Assembly (NCBI GenBank): GCA_963699165.1
Contig: OY969413.1
Span: forward strand, 724,562-788,561
DNA length: 64,000 nt
Origin: Candidatus Kaiserbacteria bacterium
GTDB lineage: Bacteria > Patescibacteriota > Minisyncoccia > Phycocordibacterales > Phycocordibacteraceae
Direction: 5' to 3'
The notes beneath the pieces are model-generated. The model worked only from the letters and a program-made list of their open reading frames with translations. It did no database searches and had not been told where the DNA came from. Numbering within the stretch: position 1 is the stretch's first letter; every line of letters begins with the position of its first letter. The position numbers and the translations under genes are program-made. Positions 25,469 through 35,250 of this stretch are shown piece by piece.

Positions 25469-26833
25469 TCATTCGTCTTTTGCGCTGTCGCGGTCTTCTT
25501 CTTTTTCGGAAACCGTTTCATCGCTCGCCGGAAGTTCGGCAAGTTCCTCCTCGGCGGGAAGCACCGTCGTTTGCGGCGCTTCGCCGTCAACAACTTCAAT
25601 GCTCTCGGTCGGCATGAGACCTGCGGCCTCGGCGGGGTCTTCTTCGATTTCCGCGACGGCGACCGTTTCGCCGTCCGACTCGGCAACTTCCTCGCCGGCG
25701 GCCGAAACGATGTCAATGTTCCATCCCGTGAGTTTCGCCGCGAGCCGCACATTTTGTCCGCCGCGGCCGATGGCGAGCGACTGTTCGTCTTCGGAGACGG
25801 TCACCGTTGCGCGATGCTCGGATTCATCAAGCACGACTTCGAGCGGCGTGGCGGGAGAAAGCGCTTCTTTAATAAATTCTTTCGCGTCGTCGCTCCATTC
25901 GATAATGTCGATGCGTTCGCCACCGAGTTCGCTCATGACGGTCGATACGCGCACGCCGCGCTGGCCGACGAGCGAACCGACCGGGTCCACATGCGGGTCA
26001 ATAGACGAAAGCGCAATCTTCGTGCGACTGCCCGGTTCGCGCGCAAGCGCTTTCACTTCGATGGAACCGGCGGCAAGTTCCGGCGCTTCAAGCTCGAAGA
26101 GCTTCACGACAAACTTCGGATGTGCACGAGAAAGTCGAAGATATACGCCGCGGAATCCCTCATCAACGGCGTACAAATACGCGCGAATGCGTTCGCCCAT
26201 GCGATAGCGTTCACCCGGAATTTGTTCCTCGTAGGGAATGATGCCGGTCGTGCGGCCGAGATCGACAAAAATCGCGCCGCGCTCCATGCGCTGCACGATA
26301 CCGCCCACGATTTGCCCTTTCTTCTCGCTGAATTCTTGCATCATCGAGAGTTTCTCGGCCTCGCGCACCTTTTGAATAACCACTTGCTTTGCGGTCTGCG
26401 CGGCGATGCGGCCGAAGTCGTCCTGCGGCTCAAGCGGGAAGATGATTTCCTCGCCGAGCGTAACGCCGCGCTTCATAAGTTTCGCATCGGCAAGGAGAAT
26501 GTGCTTTTCGGAATCAAAACGCGGCAATTCTCCTTCCGCAAGCTGTTCCTCTTCGCTATGAAACGGATGCGCGTGCATCGGCTTTTCCTCGGCATCTTCC
26601 TCTTCGGTCGGGAAACGGACCGTCGTTTCGTCGACAACCGTTTTCACCTGTTCAAAAGTGATGGTGCCGGTATTGAGCTCAAGTTTGGCGCGCACAACCT
26701 GTCCGCGTTTGCCGTATTCGCGCTTGTACGCGGTCGCCATCGCGCTCTCGATAGCGCTTATCATCGTCTCGCGACTGATGCCCCTGTCTTCAAACTCCCC
26801 CAGCACCGCGCCCATTGTTTTCAAATCAATCAT
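25469..26833 (-). CDS. nusA: transcription termination/antitermination factor NusA
   Basis: N-terminal domain, S1 and two KH domains (GSRTKIALSSIDPHVDPVGSLVGQRGVRV), acidic C-terminus. Confidence 0.9.
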   Translation of the reverse strand: MIDLKTMGAVLGEFEDRGISRETMISAIESAMATAYKREYGKRGQVVRAKLELNTGTITFEQVKTVVDETTVRFPTEEEDAEEKPMHAHPFHSEEEQLAEGELPRFDSEKHILLADAKLMKRGVTLGEEIIFPLEPQDDFGRIAAQTAKQVVIQKVREAEKLSMMQEFSEKKGQIVGGIVQRMERGAIFVDLGRTTGIIPYEEQIPGERYRMGERIRAYLYAVDEGFRGVYLRLSRAHPKFVVKLFELEAPELAAGSIEVKALAREPGSRTKIALSSIDPHVDPVGSLVGQRGVRVSTVMSELGGERIDIIEWSDDAKEFIKEALSPATPLEVVLDESEHRATVTVSEDEQSLAIGRGGQNVRLAAKLTGWNIDIVSAAGEEVAESDGETVAVAEIEEDPAEAAGLMPTESIEVVDGEAPQTTVLPAEEELAELPASDETVSEKEEDRDSAKDE

Positions 26834-26931
26834 ATGGAATGTGTATGTCGCACCTTGTAAAGAGAAACTCCGCGTCGCGGAGTTTCATATGTATATAAGG
26901 TATCGCCGATTGGTCACATTGTCAATCCGGT

Positions 26932-27906
26932 GTACGCGTCCAGTACTTTTGGCAGTCCCCGACGGTTAATGTACACACAATATACCGCAAGGGGGACACC
27001 ATGCCGAGCGACTGGTGCGGGCGTTTGGTGTTGTACCAGATCAGCCAGTCGACAAGCTTCAGATTGAAGGAATGAATATCGTCCCGCAGCAGGCCCCGAT
27101 TCAGCATGATGAAGTCCTCGGACACGGTGCGATTGAATCGTTCGACGTGGGCATTCATCTTGGGAGTGCGGGGGCGGGTGTGAAAGTGCGTGAGCCCGAG
27201 TTCGGCACAGGCATCCTCGAAGTGTTTGGCGAACTCGCTCCCGTTGTCGGTCTGCAACTCGTCGATATCGAAGGGGCAAACCTCGATGACTCGGCGAAGG
27301 AAGTCGTCCGCGCTTCTCGACGAGTGGTTCGTATACGCGCCCGCAAAGGCGAACTTCCGCTCCACGTCCACTGCCGTGAGGACGTACCGCTTCACTGTAC
27401 GCGTCCAGTACTTTTGGCAGTCCCCGACGGTTAATGTACACACAATATACCGCAAGGGGGACACCATGCCGAGCGACTGGTGCGGGCGTTTGGTGTTGTA
27501 CCAGATCAGCCAGTCGACAAGCTTCAGATTGAAGGAATGAATATCGTCCCGCAGCAGGCCCCGATTCAGCATGATGAAGTCCTCGGACACGGTGCGATTG
27601 AATCGTTCGACGTGGGCATTCATCTTGGGAGTGCGGGGGCGGGTGTGAAAGTGCGTGAGCCCGAGTTCGGCACAGGCATCCTCGAAGTGTTTGGCGAACT
27701 CGCTCCCGTTGTCGGTCTGCAACTCGTCGATATCGAAGGGGCAAACCTCGATGACTCGGCGAAGGAAGTCGTCCGCGCTTCTCGACGAGTGGTTCGTATA
27801 CGCGCCCGCAAAGGCGAACTTCCGCTCCACGTCCACTGCCGTGAGGACGTACCGCTTCACTGTACGCGTCCAGTACTTTTGGCAGTCCCCGACGGTTAAT
27901 GTACAC
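26932..27906 (-). repeat. tandem array (2 x 465 bp + 45 bp) of a truncated fragment of IS481-like element no. 2 (left TIR portion + 3' half of transposase gene)
   Basis: Units 26932-27396 and 27397-27861 are identical to each other and to 24356-24820; junction joins ...ACCGCTTCAC directly to TGTACGCGTCCAGTAC; produces chimeric 312/330-aa ORFs. Confidence 0.8.
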
Positions 27907-27936
27907 TGTACCGACCCCTATTCTTCAGACCACTTC

Positions 27937-28749
27937 CTAGACGAGTGAAGATAGTGTACGGGTGATGTGCGATTTCGCAAACTCTCTCGGTGCCATCTTG
28001 AGTGTTGAGTGTATACGCACGGTGTTGTACCGGTGAATTGTCTGATAGATTTCAGCAACAAGTTCACCAAGCGTATCGAAGCGATTGGGATCGCCCAGAT
28101 CAGTTTTGAATTTTCCATAGAACGATTCTTGGTACCCGTTCTCCCACGGACAGCCCTTTTTTGAGCGAGAGATGCTGATGCCGAAATTGATGAGCATCTC
28201 TCGGAAGGATGCGGCATTGTATTCCACTCCGTTGTCGCTGTGAAAGATGGTGGGACGAGGATGGTTGAGAAGTGCCGCGCACAATGCCTGCGTCACAAGT
28301 ACGGTTCCACCTCGCGTACCAATGGCGAGCCCAACGACACTTCGAGTGTATACGTCCATGGTGGTTGCCACACGAATGTCTTTCCCTTTGAAATACACAT
28401 GAGTGAAATCAGCGACCCATGCTTGATGCGGATAGGCGGGTACAATCCGCATCAGGAGATTTGGATACTCCACGGCTTGTTTCCTTGATTTCCTCCACCG
28501 TCTTCCTCTTCTTCGATATGCTTTGATACCAAAGAGTCGCATGACTCTTTGAACCTTCTTTTTGTTCTCCTTGAGATACAGGGCAACTCTCCGGTATCCA
28601 TACGAAGGAAACTCTCGAAGGACTTCTTCAATACGGCATTTGAGTGCCCAGTCTTTGTCAGGCTTCTTCTTTTGATACCAGAAGGTGGAACGAGCTATAC
28701 CAAGAGTACGCGCTGTTGTGCGCGTACCAATCGGAGATTCTTTGCTCAC
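27937..28749 (-). CDS. IS3-family transposase OrfB
   Basis: WVADFTHVY, HSDNGVEYNAASF, DLGDPNRFDTLGELVAEIYQ. Confidence 0.8.
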   Translation of the reverse strand: MSKESPIGTRTTARTLGIARSTFWYQKKKPDKDWALKCRIEEVLREFPSYGYRRVALYLKENKKKVQRVMRLFGIKAYRRRGRRWRKSRKQAVEYPNLLMRIVPAYPHQAWVADFTHVYFKGKDIRVATTMDVYTRSVVGLAIGTRGGTVLVTQALCAALLNHPRPTIFHSDNGVEYNAASFREMLINFGISISRSKKGCPWENGYQESFYGKFKTDLGDPNRFDTLGELVAEIYQTIHRYNTVRIHSTLKMAPREFAKSHITRTLSSLV

Positions 28750-29003
28750 TTCTTTTTTTGGGTTTCAGACAGCTTGAGCGTCATGAGTCCAACAAGACGA
28801 AGGAGTTCGTCATTCTCTTTTCGAAGTCTCGCAATCTCAAGAACAGATGCGGTACCGTCTTGCACTTTCGCACCAAGCCAGCCATAGATGGTGGTCTCGT
28901 GGATACCATGCTCTTTGGCCGCTTGGGCGACAGTGACACCATCGTTCTTGATTCGATTAATGATTTGTTCCTTCACCTCAGGAGCGATGCGGTATTGCTT
29001 CAT
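28746..29003 (-). CDS. IS3-family transposase OrfA
   Basis: HTH (VTVAQAAKEHGIHETTIYGWL). Confidence 0.75.
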   Translation of the reverse strand: MKQYRIAPEVKEQIINRIKNDGVTVAQAAKEHGIHETTIYGWLGAKVQDGTASVLEIARLRKENDELLRLVGLMTLKLSETQKKK

Positions 29004-29117
29004 ATGACGTCATTCTAGCGGTTAATCCCGTCTAGAACATGGTCTGAAATTTGGGGGTCAGGTCAGACTGCCAAATGTATCTGAACTTATGCATCCGGCA
29101 CCGCGCCCAGGATTCCC

Positions 29118-30046
29118 GTAATGGTTCAATAGCTTGGACGCGATATCATCGCGTCATGGCATACACACAAAACCCGCACATGCCCAAGGTCAGAAGGGAT
29201 GCTGCAGACATGGTGAGGAGAGGATATACGCCCACCGAGGTTGGCCGTCGGTTCGGCGTCGGGTCGAGTACGGTATGCAAATGGGTGAAGAAGGCGAAGA
29301 TATACGGGTATCATCCGATTCCGACGCTCTCATCAAAACCGAGGAATCATCCAAACGAGCTGCCGTCGAAGATTGTGAACAAGATTGTCGAGAAGCGTCT
29401 CGTACTCAAACGCTCGGCCGAGGTCGTACACCGGGCGCTCGAAGACGAGGGTGTCTCGGTGTCGCTCTCGTCGGTGAAGCGGACGCTCGGTCGTTTCGGC
29501 CTCATCAAAAAGCGGAGCCCGTGGAAACGGTACCACCCGCACTCGGAACGTCCGGAAGCCGCATATCCGGGCGCTCTTGTGGAGGTGGACACCATCCATC
29601 TGGCACTCCACGGCAAAACGGTTCTGTACGTGTATACACTAATCGATGTATACAGCCGTTGGGCGTACGCCTGGGCGACCCCGCGCATCAACTGCCGCGT
29701 CTCTCTCCTCTTCGTGAAGCGGGCACAGGTTGCGGCACCATTCCTGTTCGAGTGCGTGCAGACCGACAATGGCCCCGAGTTCTCCATGCACTTCACCGAA
29801 CGCCTCTCGATACGCCATCGACACACGAGAGTCAGGCAGAGCAACGACAATGCGCACGTCGAGCGATTCAATCGCACACTGCGTGAAGAGTGTCTTGATG
29901 CTCTTTCGATTGAGATACGGGCAATCAATGCGATTCTGCCGACCTATCTGAGCGGGTACAACACCACCCGCCACCACTTCGGGCTCGACCTCAAAACGCC
30001 GCTCGCCATATTAACAGAATGCGTCCAAGCTATTGATTAGAAAACG
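29118..30046 (+). mobile_element. IS481-like insertion sequence, copy B (inverted relative to copy A)
   Basis: Identical to 17619-18548 in reverse complement. Confidence 0.8.
29156..30040 (+). CDS. IS481-family transposase (identical to copy A)
   Basis: Same protein sequence as 17625-18509. Confidence 0.8.
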   Translation: MAYTQNPHMPKVRRDAADMVRRGYTPTEVGRRFGVGSSTVCKWVKKAKIYGYHPIPTLSSKPRNHPNELPSKIVNKIVEKRLVLKRSAEVVHRALEDEGVSVSLSSVKRTLGRFGLIKKRSPWKRYHPHSERPEAAYPGALVEVDTIHLALHGKTVLYVYTLIDVYSRWAYAWATPRINCRVSLLFVKRAQVAAPFLFECVQTDNGPEFSMHFTERLSIRHRHTRVRQSNDNAHVERFNRTLREECLDALSIEIRAINAILPTYLSGYNTTRHHFGLDLKTPLAILTECVQAID

Positions 30047-30460
30047 GATTCCGAGGAACGTGGGGATATCCGGGACTCTAGTAACCGACTGGTGAAAGTA
30101 AAACACCGACCGGTCGTTTCCTTCGCCAACAACGTAGATGCGTTTCCGCGGTCCTGCGCCGATGAAGGCCAGAATGATACCGGCGACGAGCGCACCGCCG
30201 GTTTCGATGTGATACCCGACGCCGTTAGGAGAACAAAGAACGATCAAAATGTCGCACTCCATGACAGCCCTCGCCATGCGTTCCGCCGCTTCCGCCGCCA
30301 GATTGGCATGCTTCTCGAACGGTTTCGGTACCGGGTTTTCCGTCCAATCATACGCCACGACGTATCCGAGAATGGTGAGTATATGAAATAAGTCACGCAC
30401 GACGGCTTCCATTTTCCCGGTTTTGCTTGCAATATACACTGACTTTCTTTGATCCTGCAT
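30011..30460 (-). CDS. nucleoside 2-deoxyribosyltransferase-like protein, C-terminus replaced by IS-encoded residues
   Basis: YIASK...CSPNGVGYHIETGGALVAG resembles the NDT/LOG Rossmann-like D-x-GT-x-E region (tentative); last residues RFLINSLDAFC are read from the IS481-like terminal repeat. Confidence 0.35.
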   Translation of the reverse strand: MQDQRKSVYIASKTGKMEAVVRDLFHILTILGYVVAYDWTENPVPKPFEKHANLAAEAAERMARAVMECDILIVLCSPNGVGYHIETGGALVAGIILAFIGAGPRKRIYVVGEGNDRSVFYFHQSVTRVPDIPTFLGIRFLINSLDAFC

Positions 30461-30583
30461 TGCGACTCCTTTCTTCCAAATGCAGATGAGAACGGCTTGC
30501 TTCGAGCGTCAAACGCCGACGTTTTCACCGTTTTGAGAAAGTATTTCAACTACGCGACGCGCAACGCGTTATACTTCACATAT

Positions 30584-32332
30584 ATGCACGTTTCGGAAAG
30601 CGAATTGAAAGAATTCATCATCGACTCCGGTCTGGTCGCAAAAAAAGACATCGATGCGGCCGCGCTCGTCGCGCAGGAGCGTAACCAACCGCTCGGCGAC
30701 ATTCTTGTTTCGCAAGGTTCGCTGACCGAAGACGCGCTTCGGCGCATTCAGGCGTATGTGCTCGGCGTGCCTTTCGTAAACCTGAAGGAATACCGCATTC
30801 CGCTCGATGTTCTCATGCTCATTCCCGAGCCGATTGCGCGCACGCACAACATCATCGCGTACAAAAAAGACAACGAGTCGCTCGAAGTGGCGATGCTCGA
30901 CGTCGACGACCTCGCCTCCATCGATTCTTTGCGCAAAAAAACCGGCTTTAAAATTCTCGTTCGGCTCACGGACACCGACAGCATCAAGCATTCGCTGTTG
31001 CAGTATCAAAAATCGCTCAAAGACGAGTTCGGCGACATTATCTCGACCGAGGCGGGAAAAATCCGCGTTGTTACGACAAACGAAAAAGACCCGACCGGCG
31101 ACGACCTTAAAAAAATGGCCGAGGATTTGCCGATTGTGCGCATTGTCGACACGCTTTTGCGCCACGCGATTGTGCAGGGCGCGTCCGACATCCACATCGA
31201 ACCGATGGAGGAAGAGGTGCTCGTGCGGTATCGCATCGACGGCATTTTGCACGACGCGATGACGCTGCCGAAAGTCGCGGCGGCCAGCATCGCTGCGCGC
31301 ATCAAAGTGCTCTCCAACTTGAAGCTCGACGAAAAACGCTTGCCGCAGGACGGCCGTTTCAAAATGGAAACCGAGGCAGACCGCGTTTCCTTCCGCGTGT
31401 CGGTTCTGCCGACGTTTTTCGGCGAAAAAATCGTCATGCGCCTCCTTCGCGAGACGGGCGAAGGATTTACGCTTGAGGCGCTCGGTCTGCACGGCGAAAA
31501 TCTTGAGCGCATCGAGCACGCGCTCAACCAGACGACCGGCATCGTGCTTATTTCCGGACCGACCGGCTCGGGCAAAACCACGACACTGTACACGATGCTC
31601 GACATTTTGAACAAGCCGGACGTGAATATTTCCACCGTCGAAGACCCGGTCGAGTACCAGATGAAGCGCATCAACCAAACGCAGGTAAATCCGCAAATCG
31701 GATTCACGTTTGCAAACGGACTGCGCTCGCTCTTGCGCCAGGACCCCGACATCATCATGGTCGGAGAAATCCGAGACAACGAAACGGCATCGCTCGCCAT
31801 CAATGCCGCGCTTACGGGGCACCTTGTGCTTTCGACCATTCACACAAACAGCGCGGCGGGCGCGATTCCGCGCCTCATCGACATGGATGTGGAGCCGTTT
31901 CTTCTAACCTCGACGATTCGCGTCGTGGTGGGACAGCGGCTCGTGCGCAAACTCTGCGACAACAAAGAACCGTACGCGGTCGACAAAACCATGCGCGCAA
32001 AAATCGCGAGCGAAGAAGCGTTCAATAACGCGTTCAAAGCGCTCGTCGACGAAAAACTCGTAAAAAAGGGAGCGACGCTCGATGACACGGCATTTTATCG
32101 GCCGGTTCCGTCGGACGATTCCGAGGACGGCTACAAGGGCCGCATCGGCATTCACGAGGTGCTTGCGGTGTCGCCGGCCATTCGCGAAGCGATACTGCAT
32201 TCGAGCGCGCCGGACGCGATTGAAGCGCAGGCGAAAAAAGAGGGGATGCTCACGATGCTCGAAGACGGCTTGTACAAAGCGATGCGCGGCATTACCAGTT
32301 TGGAAGAAGTGTTGCGCGCTATTTCCGAATGA
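30584..32332 (+). CDS. pilB: type IV pilus assembly ATPase PilB / GspE family
   Basis: N-terminal GSPII_E_N-like domain, Walker A GPTGSGKTTTLYTML, His box, tetracysteine-less CPR-type. Confidence 0.85.
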   Translation: MHVSESELKEFIIDSGLVAKKDIDAAALVAQERNQPLGDILVSQGSLTEDALRRIQAYVLGVPFVNLKEYRIPLDVLMLIPEPIARTHNIIAYKKDNESLEVAMLDVDDLASIDSLRKKTGFKILVRLTDTDSIKHSLLQYQKSLKDEFGDIISTEAGKIRVVTTNEKDPTGDDLKKMAEDLPIVRIVDTLLRHAIVQGASDIHIEPMEEEVLVRYRIDGILHDAMTLPKVAAASIAARIKVLSNLKLDEKRLPQDGRFKMETEADRVSFRVSVLPTFFGEKIVMRLLRETGEGFTLEALGLHGENLERIEHALNQTTGIVLISGPTGSGKTTTLYTMLDILNKPDVNISTVEDPVEYQMKRINQTQVNPQIGFTFANGLRSLLRQDPDIIMVGEIRDNETASLAINAALTGHLVLSTIHTNSAAGAIPRLIDMDVEPFLLTSTIRVVVGQRLVRKLCDNKEPYAVDKTMRAKIASEEAFNNAFKALVDEKLVKKGATLDDTAFYRPVPSDDSEDGYKGRIGIHEVLAVSPAIREAILHSSAPDAIEAQAKKEGMLTMLEDGLYKAMRGITSLEEVLRAISE

Positions 32333-33549
32333 CCATGAAATTCCGCGCGCATATACGAAAAGAGGGTTTACCGGATACGACGACCGTCATCGAGGCGCCG
32401 ACGCGGTTCGCCGTATATGAACAGGTCGAAAAAGAAGGAGGCGTTGTAGTCGAACTGACCGAGGATACCGGAGGGTTCGCGCTTCCCAAATGGATGAGTA
32501 TCGAAATCGGCGGCGGCGTAAAGCGCAGCGATGTCATTCACATGGCGACGAATCTTTCCGCGATGCTTACTGCCAGCTTGTCGCTTTCGCGCGCTCTTTC
32601 CGTCATCGAACGGCAAACGAAAAAGAAACGGCTCAAAGCGGTCCTGGACGACCTTTCCGAATCAATCAAGAAAGGACTTTCGTTCCACGAAGCGCTTGCA
32701 AAACATCCGGACGTATTCCCGGATTTATTCGTCGCGATGGTGCGCGCCGGCGAAGAGTCGGGGTCGCTTTCCGAATCGCTCACGAACGTTGCGGTGCAAA
32801 TGCAGCGCTCCGAAGAACTTGTCGGCAAGGTGCGCGGCGCGATGATTTATCCGTCCATCGTGCTTACGGCCGTGCTCATCGTCGGCGTGCTCATGCTCAT
32901 CTTCGTCGTGCCGACGCTGACGAGCACGTTTACTTCGCTCAAAGTTCAAGTGCCACTCGCGACGCAAATCATTGTCGCAGTTTCAAACTTCATGGTGTCA
33001 AACGTGCTTCTCGTGCTCGCGGGACTTGTCGTTCTTGTCATCGGCGGCATCCTCTTTCTGCGCTCGCGCGCCGGCGGCCGCTGTGTGCTTGCTTTGGCGC
33101 GGCGCATGCCGGTCGTCGGCGAACTCGTGTGCGAAACCTACGCCGCGCGCACCGCTCGCACACTTTCGTCTCTGCTTTCGTCCGGCGTGCCGGTCCTCGA
33201 TGCGCTTGCCATAACGAAACAGGTCGTCGGCGCCGACGTCTTTGCAAAAGTCATCGCGGAAGCGGAAGAGCATGTGAAGAAAGGGGAGCTGCTTTCGACG
33301 GCATTTACGGAACATACGGCTCTGTATCCGGTATTGCTGAGCGAGATGCTCACGGTGGGCGAAGAGACCGGCAAGGTCTCGGACATGCTGAAACAGATTG
33401 CGGAGTTTTATGAAGGCGATGTCGCGGAAAAAACAAAAGATCTTTCTACTATCATCGAACCGGTACTGATGCTTTTCATCGGCGCATTCGTCGGCGTCTT
33501 TGCGGTATCGATGATTGCGCCGATTTATTCGCTTTCATCGGCATTTTAA
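32329..33549 (+). CDS. pilC: type IV pilus inner-membrane platform protein PilC / GspF family
   Basis: Two GspF-like repeats with three TM segments; start overlaps pilB stop. Confidence 0.8.
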   Translation: MTMKFRAHIRKEGLPDTTTVIEAPTRFAVYEQVEKEGGVVVELTEDTGGFALPKWMSIEIGGGVKRSDVIHMATNLSAMLTASLSLSRALSVIERQTKKKRLKAVLDDLSESIKKGLSFHEALAKHPDVFPDLFVAMVRAGEESGSLSESLTNVAVQMQRSEELVGKVRGAMIYPSIVLTAVLIVGVLMLIFVVPTLTSTFTSLKVQVPLATQIIVAVSNFMVSNVLLVLAGLVVLVIGGILFLRSRAGGRCVLALARRMPVVGELVCETYAARTARTLSSLLSSGVPVLDALAITKQVVGADVFAKVIAEAEEHVKKGELLSTAFTEHTALYPVLLSEMLTVGEETGKVSDMLKQIAEFYEGDVAEKTKDLSTIIEPVLMLFIGAFVGVFAVSMIAPIYSLSSAF

Positions 33550-35250
33550 ATGTTGCCTCGCGCGCGCGCATTCAGCTTGATTGATGTGGTGGTGGGAGTG
33601 GCGCTCTTGCTCGTGCTGTTTATGGCGCTTTTCGGCGTCTTGCGCGCGTCGCTCGTTCTTTCCACGGTCGCGAAAGCGCAGGCGGCGGCCGTCGAACTTG
33701 CAAATACTCAGATGGAATATTTGCGCGGCCTTTCGTACGACTCGCTCGGAACCGTTGGCGGCATTCCTTCGGGCGCCGTACCACAGTATGCGACTTCTAC
33801 GGTCGACGGAATCCAGTATGTCACCCGCACCTATGTCGAATATTACGACGATCCGGCCGACGGCATCGGCGTAAACGATTCAAACGGCGTTACGACCGAC
33901 TATAAGGTGGGGAAGGTGACCGTTTCGTATTCGTACGAAGGCCTTGCGAAATCAATCGTCCTCGTCTCCAATTTTGTCCCGCCCGGACTCGAGTCCTCGA
34001 CGGGCGGCGGCACGCTGGTGCTGCATATCGTGGGCGCAGCGGGACAAAACCTGAGCGATGCGAGCGTGCAAATCGTCAACGCCTCCACGACACCGGCGGT
34101 GAATTTCACCACATTCAGCGACACATCGGGACTTGTGATGATTGGCGGAGCCGCAACCTCGTCGATGTACCAAATATATGTATCGCGGAGCGGCTACTCG
34201 AGCGCGCAAACCTATGCCCGCGCCGGCCAAAACGTGAACCCTACTCCGGGATATTTGACCGTCGTAAAAAATCAGACAACGAGCGCGACGTTTGCCATCG
34301 ACCAGTTGTCATCCCTCACGCTTTCGAGTTTCTCGCCCGCAACGACCACCGCCTTTTCCGATTTGTTCTCGAATGCGTCAAATCTCGCCTCGCAAACCAA
34401 TACGCAAGTTGCGGGCGGCGCACTTACGCTTGCGAGCCAGGCGCTTTCGGGAAACGCTCATTCAATCTCGATTGCGCCGAATGCGCTTGCCGGCTGGGGA
34501 ATTCTTTCGGCAACTATTTCAACGCCGAACGGCACAACGGCGGTTATCCGCGTCGATGACGCATCCGGCAATCCGGTGCCCGATGCTATGCTTCCTGGCA
34601 ACGCCGCGGGATTCTCGTCGTTCCCGATCTCGCTCACCGCCATCGCGACAAGCACATATCCCGCGCTTACGCTCGAAGCGGATTTGACGAGCAATGCAAC
34701 CACAACCACTTCTTCCATTCTCGATTGGTCACTGTCATACACGCAAGGGTTGCTCGCATTGTCGAATGTTTCTTTCACGCTCACCGGCGCGAAAACCATC
34801 GGAACGAACGGGAGCGGCCTGCCGATCTATAAAACGATCGTGAATGACACGACCGGAGCGACGGGAACGGTAACGGAACCGCTCGAGTGGGATGCCTATA
34901 CGCTTGGTCTCGGCGGCGGCAATCTTATCGAAGCGTGCCCGAGTTCGCCGATTTCGCTCATGCCCGCACAAGCGTCGTCGACCGCACTTATCGTCGGACA
35001 GCCGACGCAAAATACGCTGCTCGCCGCTATTCAAGACGGCAGCCATAACGTTATCTCCGGTGCACGCGTGACGCTCGCAAAAGCGGGCTACGCGGCAACG
35101 GTGCCAACGTCGGCATGCGGACTTGCGTATTTCGGCGGTCTTGCCGCCGGCACGTATAGCGCCAGCGTTTCGGCGGCGGGCCATACGACGACCGTGTTTC
35201 CGAATATTTCCGTTGCCGGACATGCGACAACGACGCTGACTTTGCCATGA
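33550..35250 (+). CDS. large pilin-like protein (566 aa) with class III prepilin signal
   Basis: N-terminus RAFSLIDVVVGVALLLVLF = prepilin peptidase motif (G/A-F-S/T-L-I-E/D) + hydrophobic helix; long Ser/Thr-rich extracellular region. Confidence 0.65.
   Translation: MLPRARAFSLIDVVVGVALLLVLFMALFGVLRASLVLSTVAKAQAAAVELANTQMEYLRGLSYDSLGTVGGIPSGAVPQYATSTVDGIQYVTRTYVEYYDDPADGIGVNDSNGVTTDYKVGKVTVSYSYEGLAKSIVLVSNFVPPGLESSTGGGTLVLHIVGAAGQNLSDASVQIVNASTTPAVNFTTFSDTSGLVMIGGAATSSMYQIYVSRSGYSSAQTYARAGQNVNPTPGYLTVVKNQTTSATFAIDQLSSLTLSSFSPATTTAFSDLFSNASNLASQTNTQVAGGALTLASQALSGNAHSISIAPNALAGWGILSATISTPNGTTAVIRVDDASGNPVPDAMLPGNAAGFSSFPISLTAIATSTYPALTLEADLTSNATTTTSSILDWSLSYTQGLLALSNVSFTLTGAKTIGTNGSGLPIYKTIVNDTTGATGTVTEPLEWDAYTLGLGGGNLIEACPSSPISLMPAQASSTALIVGQPTQNTLLAAIQDGSHNVISGARVTLAKAGYAATVPTSACGLAYFGGLAAGTYSASVSAAGHTTTVFPNISVAGHATTTLTLP

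Larger units (their letters stand above)
27912..29030 (-). mobile_element. IS3-family insertion sequence (copy 2, divergent from copy 1)
   Basis: orfA 28746-29003 and orfB 27937-28749 with A-AAA-AAG slippery site at overlap; about 50% aa identity to copy 1 with near-identical C-terminus; boundaries approximate. Confidence 0.7.

Noticed and set aside
25460-26860. 466-aa plus-strand ORF antisense to nusA
   Set aside because: Arg/Phe-rich translation with no motifs. nusA on the minus strand has full domain complement.
26914-27906. 312-330-aa transposase-like ORFs within the tandem array called as intact genes
   Set aside because: They are chimeric read-throughs of duplicated C-terminal fragments without the N-terminal HTH or the first catalytic Asp region. 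Treated as pseudogene/repeat.
30569-31843. 424-aa and 277-aa minus-strand ORFs antisense to pilB
   Set aside because: pilB motifs (Walker A, GspE N-domain) are unambiguous on the plus strand. Antisense ORFs lack any signature.
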